Shown piece after piece: positions 1 to 7,227 of a stretch of DNA of 44,951 bases (the stretch's first letter is position 1; each line of letters starts with the position of its first letter). Position numbers and translations under genes: made by a program. The notes under the pieces are model-generated. The model ran no database searches, had not been told where the DNA came from, and was given only the letters and a program-made list of their open reading frames with translations. The stretch lies in UHGV virus genome UHGV-0212259; one strand, given 5' to 3'. The stretch is from a virus.

Positions 1-132
1 GTGCGCTTCTTCGTTGTCCGGTTGAGACGCAACCAGTTCATCCGCTTCTACAACACCGCGAACTGGCATCACCTGGCCGTTAACAACGTCAACGTGTGTG
101 TACTTTTCGCGGATTACGTAATTATCTGCCAT
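1..132 (-). CDS. Partial CDS (N-terminal 44 codons; continues beyond window start); hypothetical late-region protein
   Basis: ATG at 132..130 preceded by AAGGAAAGG Shine-Dalgarno; translation MADNYVIREKYTHVDVVNGQ...; same strand and immediately downstream of capsid/decoration genes. Confidence 0.35.
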   Translation of the reverse strand, partial: MADNYVIREKYTHVDVVNGQVMPVRGVVEADELVASQPDNEEAH

Positions 133-168
133 GACCTTTCCTTATTACGGCCCCGAAGGGCCGTTATA

Positions 169-510
169 TTAAGACACAGTTGCTACAGTGCTGCTGGAGA
201 TAATATTACCATATGCATCGTGAACAACCACTTTATACGTACCAGAATCGGCGGTAGTGGTTGACGCTTTAGCATAGGAAGCAGCGTTTGCCCCGGCGAT
301 AGCGTTGTTGTTCTTGTACCACTGGTAGGAATATGGCTCCAGGCCGCCAGTTACGGTTACGGTCAGTGTCATGGTTTCGCCCGCGGTAACGGAGGTAGTA
401 GCCGCCAGCGCGGATGAGAAAGACGCAGGAGAAATAGTCACCATGTCAATCTTAGCACCCAGGGCGTCAGCGGAGACGCCGGTGATGCGTCGCTTCAATA
501 CGTCTGCCAT
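169..510 (-). CDS. Ig-like domain protein, probable capsid decoration/auxiliary head protein
   Basis: 113 aa; Ig-like signature (LTVTVTGG...YSYQWYKNN...GTYKVVVHDAYGN); directly downstream of the major capsid gene on the same strand. Confidence 0.5.
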   Translation of the reverse strand: MADVLKRRITGVSADALGAKIDMVTISPASFSSALAATTSVTAGETMTLTVTVTGGLEPYSYQWYKNNNAIAGANAASYAKASTTTADSGTYKVVVHDAYGNIISSSTVATVS

Positions 511-529
511 TTAGGAATCCTCTTAGTAA

Positions 530-556
530 ATGAAAAGAGGGACCGAAGTCCCTCTC
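530..556 (-). terminator. Stable hairpin plus U-run immediately after the major capsid gene (terminator/attenuator)
   Basis: AGAGGGAC-cgaa-GTCCCTCT stem-loop at 536..555 followed on the minus strand by TTTTCATTT. Confidence 0.45.
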
Positions 557-571
557 GATTATAGCTTAACC

Positions 572-1621
572 TTAAGACCCGACACCAGTTACCAGGAAGG
601 CAATCGGTACGTGCTTACGCTCAACCACACGGTTCCAGTTGGAGGCGTTCGCCAGGTCCTGCCAGGAAGCGGAGCGCGGGGTGGTCTCGGTGCCGTTACC
701 GGTGATTACTGTGCTGGTGAAGCTGTAGCCCAGTGGGTGCAGCAACCAGGTCTTACGGGTCCACAGGGTTTCTACGCCACCACCGTTACCGCGAGACGCT
801 TCGCGCTCATATTCCAGCGGGTTAGACGGATTGCCTTCGCCATAACCGATAGCGCCGTTGCCGAAGATGATGGAGATGAACTTACGGCTTGGACCAGTGC
901 CGACTACGGTCATGCTGTCGTCAACAATCACACGGTAGCCCTGGTAGGTGGCGAACAGGGTGTCGTTGTCGGCGTCTTTGATGAAGTCGATAAGCTGCTG
1001 CTTACGCGCCTGCGCATAAACGAAGCTGTGCATCGCGATAGCCCCCAGCACTTCGCCGCCGTTGCCCATCAGCGCATCGCCCATAGTCTGGGTAGCGTCG
1101 ATGAATGCGCCAGCGTCGAAGCCCAGAGAAGCAGACACGTCGATAACCATGTCATTCTGCGTATGGTATTCATCGGTAGTGGCTACGTTGTCGTTGTACA
1201 GACCGAGCGCGGTAGCAATCAGACGGCGTTGCGCCTGACGCTGCCAGAAGTTATCCAGACGGGACGCTACTGATTGCAGCGGATTCTGACTGGTCAGTTC
1301 TACAGTCAGGTCTGCCTGGCCGAAGCCTTCGTTCAGATACGCAACGCGCGCCATCATCTCGCCGGTTTGCACGTTACGCGGGGTTGCGATGTCCTGGTAT
1401 ACGTCGTTCGAGTAGTTCGGCTCGATAGAGGTATCAATCGCTTTCCAGAAAGGAATGTTGGCGACGTTGGACGGACCGCGAGCAATCTCGGCGGCGTACG
1501 GAGTCGGGGTCAGAATACCGGACTGGAAGAACGCGGTTTTTTCTACCGGGTCTTCGGTCATGTAAGACGCCAGGACCGGGATGTTGCCAGTTACGATATC
1601 GCCGATAGTGGTAATTGCCAT
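572..1621 (-). CDS. Major capsid protein (HK97-fold type inferred)
   Basis: 349 aa; immediately downstream of the scaffold gene, followed by a strong hairpin; size and position in portal-scaffold-capsid order; no motif-level proof. Confidence 0.72.
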   Translation of the reverse strand: MAITTIGDIVTGNIPVLASYMTEDPVEKTAFFQSGILTPTPYAAEIARGPSNVANIPFWKAIDTSIEPNYSNDVYQDIATPRNVQTGEMMARVAYLNEGFGQADLTVELTSQNPLQSVASRLDNFWQRQAQRRLIATALGLYNDNVATTDEYHTQNDMVIDVSASLGFDAGAFIDATQTMGDALMGNGGEVLGAIAMHSFVYAQARKQQLIDFIKDADNDTLFATYQGYRVIVDDSMTVVGTGPSRKFISIIFGNGAIGYGEGNPSNPLEYEREASRGNGGGVETLWTRKTWLLHPLGYSFTSTVITGNGTETTPRSASWQDLANASNWNRVVERKHVPIAFLVTGVGS

Positions 1622-1623
1622 TA

Positions 1624-2325
1624 TTATTTCCTCAGGGCTTTAAGTTGCCGTTCAAATTCGGCAGGGTTCGATTTATACAGAGCTAAACGCTCCGCTTCAC
1701 TCATGTCTTTAAACGCTGGTGCGGCCCCGCCGCCTTTGCCACCGGAAGCCCCGCCGCCGGAAGCTGCATTTGCTTTAATCAAATGCGAAAACGCTTTGTG
1801 TTCACGCAGGTATTTGCGGAACTGTTCCGGGTCAGTCGTGATTACGTTACCGTCTGCACCAACAAACTTAGTAACCACATCATCACCTTCGAACTCAGTC
1901 TTGACGAACGGTGCAAGGATGTCTACTGCTTCCGGGGTAATAAAGTCACCCGCGAAAGAGCCTAACACCGCTTTACGTTCGCTGCCGAGGATGCGCTCGG
2001 CCATTTTGGAGATGCGACCGTCTTTCTCGGCTAACACCGGGTCATACTGGCTACGAATCGTCTTTTCGAACTCGTCCATCTTACCTGCGGCTTTTAACGC
2101 CTCCTGGTGTGCGCGCTGCCGTTCTTCTTCGGCCTCTTTTGCTTTGCGAGCGGCTTCTTTCTTCTCCGCCAGCAACGCTTCCTGATTAGCCTTAAGCCCG
2201 GCAACCTCTTTCTCGATAAGCGCCTGAACTTCTTCAGCGGTGAACATTTTCGGCGCGTCACCGCCGCCTGTTTTATCTTCTGCCCCAGCTTCTTCCTGGA
2301 ACGGATAACGTAAAAAACGATTCAT
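1624..2325 (-). CDS. Capsid scaffolding protein
   Basis: Ala/Glu/Lys-rich coiled coil (EEVQALIEKEVAGLKANQEALLAEKKEAARKAKEAEEERQ); directly upstream of capsid gene; start placed at ATG 2325 with SD (ORF track extends to TTG 2379). Confidence 0.62.
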   Translation of the reverse strand: MNRFLRYPFQEEAGAEDKTGGGDAPKMFTAEEVQALIEKEVAGLKANQEALLAEKKEAARKAKEAEEERQRAHQEALKAAGKMDEFEKTIRSQYDPVLAEKDGRISKMAERILGSERKAVLGSFAGDFITPEAVDILAPFVKTEFEGDDVVTKFVGADGNVITTDPEQFRKYLREHKAFSHLIKANAASGGGASGGKGGGAAPAFKDMSEAERLALYKSNPAEFERQLKALRK

Positions 2326-2407
2326 AGTCAGTATGTCCCCTGGACGTTGGAACCCGGGCCACCCGGATTTACATGTCAAGAATAAATTATTCCAACATGC
2401 AAGGCAA

Positions 2408-2671
2408 CTATTCCAGAATATTCCTCACGTAATCCTGCAACATGAACACTTTCAGACGCAGTTGCCGCACGCATTCTGCGTTCTGAACGTCGATAGCTAA
2501 ATCCTCGTCCGCGTCGCTACTTGGTGGCGCCAGTTTGCACGGCGGCTGCATCATCGTCGTATCCGGGGATGGAATTGGCGTTGGCGACGGCGCGGGACTT
2601 GAGCTGCACGCGCTCAGGGTCAAAAGTGCACACGCTGCGACCAGGCGTTTTAATGTACTTAACGACTTCAC
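2408..2671 (-). CDS. o-spanin (Rz1-like outer-membrane lipoprotein)
   Basis: GTG start with GAGGTGA SD; signal peptide with lipobox LSAC; Pro-rich mature part; starts inside the i-spanin ORF in another frame and extends past its stop. Confidence 0.6.
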   Translation of the reverse strand: MKSLSTLKRLVAACALLTLSACSSSPAPSPTPIPSPDTTMMQPPCKLAPPSSDADEDLAIDVQNAECVRQLRLKVFMLQDYVRNILE

Positions 2672-2903
2672 GGGTAATCACCTCTGATTTCGTCTTGCCT
2701 TCGTTGTCAGCGGCTGCAGCCTTTGATTCGTCCTGCTGCTGCCGTTGTGTTTTCTTCGCTAACTCAGCCTGTGCCTTCTGCTGCTGCTGCGAAACGAGAT
2801 TCGCCCGGCCTTCGCTCCAGCCGCTGCGATACTGGTAGATGCCGTGTGCGTAAGCCAGGATGATGAAACATGCTCCCGCTACGACAGTTGCTTTAAGATT
2901 CAT
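2517..2903 (-). CDS. i-spanin (Rz-like inner-membrane spanin)
   Basis: N-terminal TM helix (VVAGACFIILAYAHGIY) followed by a Gln/Ala/Lys-rich coiled coil; overlaps the lipoprotein ORF in typical spanin architecture. Confidence 0.6.
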   Translation of the reverse strand: MNLKATVVAGACFIILAYAHGIYQYRSGWSEGRANLVSQQQQKAQAELAKKTQRQQQDESKAAAADNEGKTKSEVITREVVKYIKTPGRSVCTFDPERVQLKSRAVANANSIPGYDDDAAAVQTGATK

Positions 2904-3221
2904 GTTTCTCCTTTCTCGATAAGTAAAGCCCCGCCATAAAGCGGGGCGCTAGTCCTTATCATTTAAACATAGAAACGGCATAATCTCAGTAAACCAGTTA
3001 CTTTTTACACAAGCAATAGACTATGGCCCTTCCGAACGCGTCAGCGTAACTACACTCGGACTTAACGTCCGGCTCCGTTACCTGCCACGCCGCGGTCGCT
3101 TGTTCATACTTCACAAGCTCAGGTGGAGCTTAGCACATTTTTGGTGAAAAGTCAACTATTCGAATAGTTTATTCCAACATTTACAATTGAGTGGAATAAC
3201 CGGAATACATAAACAAATAGT

Positions 3222-3253
3222 TTGCGCACCCCAATATAATAGGGTACTATTCA
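3222..3253 (+). promoter_or_regulatory. Promoter with overlapping palindromic operator (type A: TTGCGC-N7-TATAAT overlapping TAATAGGGTACTATTCA)
   Basis: TATAAT at 3235..3240; 23-nt core CCAATATAATAGGGTACTATTCA identical to sites at 5375..5397 and 38826..38848; first ATG 25 nt downstream. Confidence 0.55.
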
Positions 3254-3277
3254 TTCTATCGAACCGGGGAGGCCGTC

Positions 3278-3379
3278 ATGTTAGTCGTTATTTCAGTAGT
3301 AATTGCAGTTGATGCGGTGATGTTTCTTTGGGCTTGTAGCGGTATTGGTGACATTGACACGGGTAATGGTGAACTATGA
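3278..3379 (+). CDS. Small hydrophobic peptide (33 aa), first gene of a plus-strand insert cassette
   Basis: GGGGAGG SD then ATG; MLVVISVVIAVDAVMFLWACSGIG...; stop overlaps next start (ATGA). Confidence 0.3.
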   Translation: MLVVISVVIAVDAVMFLWACSGIGDIDTGNGEL

Positions 3380-3720
3380 AATATATTAAATTAGCAGTAG
3401 CAGGTGTTGTAGCCGTTTGTTTGAGTGGTTGCGTAAGGTCGTTGCCAGACCCGGCTTTACAGGTTTATCAGGCAGGGGATACAACGGCAACATGTAATCA
3501 GTTACTATCGAGAATCGCCACGACAAAACAAGCTCAAGCCAACGCTACGCACCGTGTTAATAAGCAAATAGGTACTAACGTTGTACTCGGTGTTACAGGC
3601 GCATTCCTGATTGTTCCGCTGTTCTTTATGGACACGGGCGCCGGGCCTTCTATGGACGAGATGACAGCCGGTAATCGTCTGTCGCAGTTACAACAAACAT
3701 ACGACGAGAAATGCAAATGA
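3376..3720 (+). CDS. Lipoprotein with a C-proximal hydrophobic segment; candidate superinfection-exclusion / receptor-masking protein
   Basis: Signal peptide with lipobox LSGC (MKYIKLAVAGVVAVCLSGC); hydrophobic stretch NVVLGVTGAFLIVPLFF; opposite strand to flanking late genes; own promoter and terminator. Confidence 0.55.
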   Translation: MKYIKLAVAGVVAVCLSGCVRSLPDPALQVYQAGDTTATCNQLLSRIATTKQAQANATHRVNKQIGTNVVLGVTGAFLIVPLFFMDTGAGPSMDEMTAGNRLSQLQQTYDEKCK

Positions 3721-3785
3721 CAAATAGTGTGATGTTTTATTTTGTTTTGTGGGTATCGGCTGCGGCTATCACCGCGATGTTCATA

Positions 3786-3816
3786 TAAAAATAAAGCCCC
3801 ATAGCGGGGCTTTTTA
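3786..3816. terminator. Bidirectional rho-independent terminator
   Basis: A-run, hairpin AGCCCC-atagc-GGGGCT (3795..3811), T-run; lies between convergent genes. Confidence 0.6.
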
Positions 3817-4275
3817 TCATTCCGGCTTAGTAACCTTCGCCGCTTTACTGACGGCCTCTACCCCATCGGCATCGGTGACTTTAACGAAGTATTCACCCAC
3901 CGCGTTAACCGTCAGAGACAGAGCCTCTTCCGGGGCGTTTACCACTTCCTTCCCGTCTTTGTACCAGGTCAGCGTATACGGCGCTTTACCTGCCTTAACT
4001 TCGACAGTGATAGTCGCGCTGCCGTCATCCAGTTCAGCGTCTTTCGGTTGCCCAGAGAAATACACATCGCCAGCGTCCGCCAGATACGGAATCTCGTAAA
4101 GCATGCCAGCAGCGGGTAACGCAATACCGGTTTTATCTGCAAACGGCATATCGTCCACTGGCGCACCCAGTACACTTTCGTCTTCAATAAATACCACGTT
4201 CTCGCCAGAGCCAGACACTCGGGCGTACTGGACTACACGACGTGAAGGTACATCAGTTACTTTGAAAAAGCCCAT
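3817..4275 (-). CDS. Ig-like domain protein (second), head-associated auxiliary protein
   Basis: 152 aa; Ig-like signature (APYTLTWYKDGKEV...GEYFVKVTDADG); translationally coupled 2 nt after the head morphogenesis gene stop. Confidence 0.5.
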   Translation of the reverse strand: MGFFKVTDVPSRRVVQYARVSGSGENVVFIEDESVLGAPVDDMPFADKTGIALPAAGMLYEIPYLADAGDVYFSGQPKDAELDDGSATITVEVKAGKAPYTLTWYKDGKEVVNAPEEALSLTVNAVGEYFVKVTDADGVEAVSKAAKVTKPE

Positions 4276-4277
4276 CG

Positions 4278-5321
4278 TTAATCCCCTTTCAGATAATCAG
4301 CAACACGTTTATCGAGTTCCGCCATCTGCTTAAGCGTGAGCGGATTCCCGAAACCATCTACAGATATTACGCGAAACTCTTCCGGCGATATACCGCTGTT
4401 ACGGAAAATCTTACCACGCACCGGGCCGAGCGCCTGGTCCTGAAACCACGCCGGTTGTTGTTTAAGGAACTCGTAGTAAGTGGTGTCTGCGCTTACCTGA
4501 GTGCCGCCGTCCGCGCCCTTAGCCGCACGTTTTGCGCCTTTATCCAGGAAGTCGAACTCGGAACTGATTACCGGGGCCGTGGTACTTCTGCATCCACAAT
4601 GGGCGGGGGGCATCGGCCCTTTACCGATTTCCCACGTCATCCCATCTCTGGCCTTGCAAACGGCTGAGGTCCTAGAATCAAGAGTAGACACCCACTCATA
4701 TTTCTCGATGATGTCGTCGTTCTGACGGTACGTCTCGTTGCGTGCTTCGTTGGACACGTGAGACAGCGCGGTGCGGATTACGGTAGCGGCGTTACGTTCA
4801 GAGATGTCCGCCAGCCCACCAGCGCCTACGACGTTCTTAACAATCTGCCGTGTGGTTTGGCCCTGTACGAAACCCATCTTAACGCCGGTGACCAGGCGCG
4901 CGACTTCGGTTTCGCCCCATCCAGACATCAGTTTAGTGAAATCAACAGGCTTGTCACTTAGCGATAAGGGCTGAAACTCGGCAGCGGCCCACACCTGTTC
5001 CGCGGTAGGTGTAACAAATTCCGCGTTAACGTTGGTGGTCAGTGCCTTTACGTTCCACTCCGCCTCATACGCCGCCAGTTCCTTAAGGTCTTCTGTCAGC
5101 TTTGTTTGCCAGTCACCTGTAAGCCCTGTCAGTGCTTCTTCGAGGTCGCGTAACAGTTTATTCAGTCGCGCAGTGCTTCGCCCGTCGTCGCCGAATAACA
5201 GCACCTGCCGTTTGATTTCGTCCCGCATCTCCTTAATAAACGGTGCGAGGTCTTTCACTTCACCGGATGCGGCGCGTTGTAGCCATATCTGGTGGCTGAT
5301 TAGGGATGTAAGTAAGCTCAT
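4278..5321 (-). CDS. Head morphogenesis / minor head protein
   Basis: About 347 aa directly downstream of portal on the same strand; start placed at ATG 5321 with AGGAGGG SD (track ORF extends to 5378); family assignment by position only. Confidence 0.5.
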   Translation of the reverse strand: MSLLTSLISHQIWLQRAASGEVKDLAPFIKEMRDEIKRQVLLFGDDGRSTARLNKLLRDLEEALTGLTGDWQTKLTEDLKELAAYEAEWNVKALTTNVNAEFVTPTAEQVWAAAEFQPLSLSDKPVDFTKLMSGWGETEVARLVTGVKMGFVQGQTTRQIVKNVVGAGGLADISERNAATVIRTALSHVSNEARNETYRQNDDIIEKYEWVSTLDSRTSAVCKARDGMTWEIGKGPMPPAHCGCRSTTAPVISSEFDFLDKGAKRAAKGADGGTQVSADTTYYEFLKQQPAWFQDQALGPVRGKIFRNSGISPEEFRVISVDGFGNPLTLKQMAELDKRVADYLKGD

Positions 5322-5365
5322 AAGCCCTCCTGTAGTATAGACAGTGTAACGCATAAAAATAATAT

Positions 5366-5397
5366 TTGCAGACACCAATATAATAGGGTACTATTCA
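5366..5397 (+). promoter_or_regulatory. Promoter with overlapping operator (type A), second copy
   Basis: TTGCAG-N7-TATAAT (5379..5384) overlapping TAATAGGGTACTATTCA; identical 23-nt core to 3231..3253. Confidence 0.55.
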
Positions 5398-5429
5398 TTA
5401 CATCAAAACGAGAGATAAGGAATTTAGAA

Positions 5430-5711
5430 ATGGCTAAATATTCAAACAGTAATTTACATATGACATGTGTGCATGTTGATGGTGTTCAAGTAGAGTGCGT
5501 CGCCTGTTGCAGGCCTTCATGCGAAGAAGGCATATTTAAAATAGGGCGCAAGTATTGGCTGCACCACGGGTGGTTGACGCGACCTAATGGGGATGCCGAT
5601 GTAGAACTTTGGTGGGTAGAGTATCATGGTCGCTCATATATCTGTTGGCCCGAAACGAAAAACGGCACCACCCGATACACCTCTTCCAGCAATGGATTCA
5701 TATTTGTATAA
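5430..5711 (+). CDS. Cys/Trp-rich small protein (93 aa), hypothetical; single-gene plus-strand insert
   Basis: ATG with AAGGAA SD; CVHVDGVQVECVACCRPSCEEG motif; flanked by own promoter and bidirectional terminator between head morphogenesis and portal genes. Confidence 0.45.
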   Translation: MAKYSNSNLHMTCVHVDGVQVECVACCRPSCEEGIFKIGRKYWLHHGWLTRPNGDADVELWWVEYHGRSYICWPETKNGTTRYTSSSNGFIFV

Positions 5712-5713
5712 AG

Positions 5714-5746
5714 AAAAGATAAGGCCCCTTAAGGGGCCTTTCTATT
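5714..5746. terminator. Bidirectional rho-independent terminator
   Basis: Hairpin AGGCCCC-tta-GGGGCCT at 5722..5738 with flanking A/T runs; between convergent Cys-rich gene and portal gene. Confidence 0.55.
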
Positions 5747-7215
5747 TACTCCTGTTGTTGCGCCGACTGCGGAATCTCTCCAGCCACCTGAGTAACAGCA
5801 CCCAACGGCAGAGGTGCGTCCTCAATAGCGTTCTGAATGTCCTCGTCCGTCCAGTCAGTTACACCTGCCTTGCGCAACGCAGCATAATAAGCGGTAGCCG
5901 GTAACAGACCCGCGTTAATATCCGCCATCCACTGAGCACGGTCCTGAGCGGTCATCGGTTGCAGGAAGAACTCCATGTTCAGTTTGAACTCAATCTCTGT
6001 GCCTTCGCGCAGCCCAAGCATCGCTGCCACCCAGCGCAACGCATCGGTGTACGCCATGCTTACGTTACGTGCGATTGTAGCCATAACGGACGTATCAGCG
6101 CCGCGTTGTAGACGGGCGGATTCAGCGGTTATTTGCTGCGTCGGCGTGATAAGCTGCGCGCCAATCTGAATGGCCTGATTCTCTTTATCCAGCATGTTTT
6201 GTTTGGCGAGGTTGTTCTCTCCTGCCTGAACCAGAAACGCATTACCGCCGTAACCAATGTTATGGCCTGAACGCGACCCCATGCGAACGCCGTGCGGGTT
6301 AGCCTCTTTCCACTGTTCCATGCTCATATTCTCACCAGGGGCGATGAACAGAGTGGGCTGGCCCACAACGAAACTGGACTCCTCATTGTCTGCGCTGTTG
6401 CGGAAATGCCCGATATTAAGCTCGGCCAACGGCAGCAAAGGCGCATCGTCGATGGTTGCATCGTTGTTGCTTGCACCAATAAACGTGAACGGGATTTTGC
6501 CGCGCAACTGTTCGCCAAGTTCCGGGAATATTTCGATTACGTCACCATGAGCGCCACCTTCTGCATCGAAGCGGTAAATGCGCTGGCGGTAGCGACCATC
6601 AATCAAATCGAGAACGCGGTATTGCTCACCGAATTTTGTTTCGAACTCTGCCCCAGGTTCCGAGTATTCCCATACCTCCCGTAACACGACCATTGTCACA
6701 CGGTTAACCGAACCGACGCGAGTCAATCGCCAGTTGATGATGTTCTCAGCGGTGTAGAATGCGATGACCGGGTTTAATAATCCCGCGTTCTGTTCTGCTG
6801 CCGTTGCCGCAGCTGTCTCCGGGGCGTCCACCAGCAACCCGCCACGGCCAACCGAGTCAATCTCCATTAGCGTATCCTGCGCGTGCTGCCACAGCCCGAC
6901 ACCAGAACCGTCCGCATTGCGTAACAGGTACTCAAGTTCAGGCGGGATAATCTGCTCAGGGTCTTTGCGCATAACACTGCCAACCATCCCCGCCAGTGTA
7001 CGTTTAGTGAAGTTGTAGCAGATAGCGCCGTTCTCGTATTCTTCCTGGCGCTGTGCTGCGTATGTCGGGTCTGGTTCGTTCTTCCCGACGTTGCGAAGAT
7101 AGCGAATAAGGTCGCCTTCCAGCGCGTGGCGTACCTTCTGCCATTTATCGAAGTGATGCAGCCATTCCCGGTGTTTTGTCTTAACACCCTGATTCTGACC
7201 GTTCATAGTTAACAT
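5746..7215 (-). CDS. Portal protein
   Basis: 489 aa immediately downstream of terminase large subunit; canonical position and size; no motif-level proof. Confidence 0.75.
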   Translation of the reverse strand: MLTMNGQNQGVKTKHREWLHHFDKWQKVRHALEGDLIRYLRNVGKNEPDPTYAAQRQEEYENGAICYNFTKRTLAGMVGSVMRKDPEQIIPPELEYLLRNADGSGVGLWQHAQDTLMEIDSVGRGGLLVDAPETAAATAAEQNAGLLNPVIAFYTAENIINWRLTRVGSVNRVTMVVLREVWEYSEPGAEFETKFGEQYRVLDLIDGRYRQRIYRFDAEGGAHGDVIEIFPELGEQLRGKIPFTFIGASNNDATIDDAPLLPLAELNIGHFRNSADNEESSFVVGQPTLFIAPGENMSMEQWKEANPHGVRMGSRSGHNIGYGGNAFLVQAGENNLAKQNMLDKENQAIQIGAQLITPTQQITAESARLQRGADTSVMATIARNVSMAYTDALRWVAAMLGLREGTEIEFKLNMEFFLQPMTAQDRAQWMADINAGLLPATAYYAALRKAGVTDWTDEDIQNAIEDAPLPLGAVTQVAGEIPQSAQQQE

Positions 7216-7227
7216 TTAATAATCCTC

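Noticed and set aside
1-264. Plus-strand ORF (87 aa, GTG start) at the window edge
   Set aside because: Antisense to a well-supported minus-strand gene start (ATG 132 with SD) and the decoration gene; no RBS; composition looks like antisense read-through.
530-2185. Long plus-strand ORFs (247 aa and 303 aa) overlapping capsid and scaffold genes
   Set aside because: They lie antisense within the capsid and scaffold coding regions, are Arg/Ser/Ala-rich in the manner of shadow ORFs, and have no SD or promoter context.
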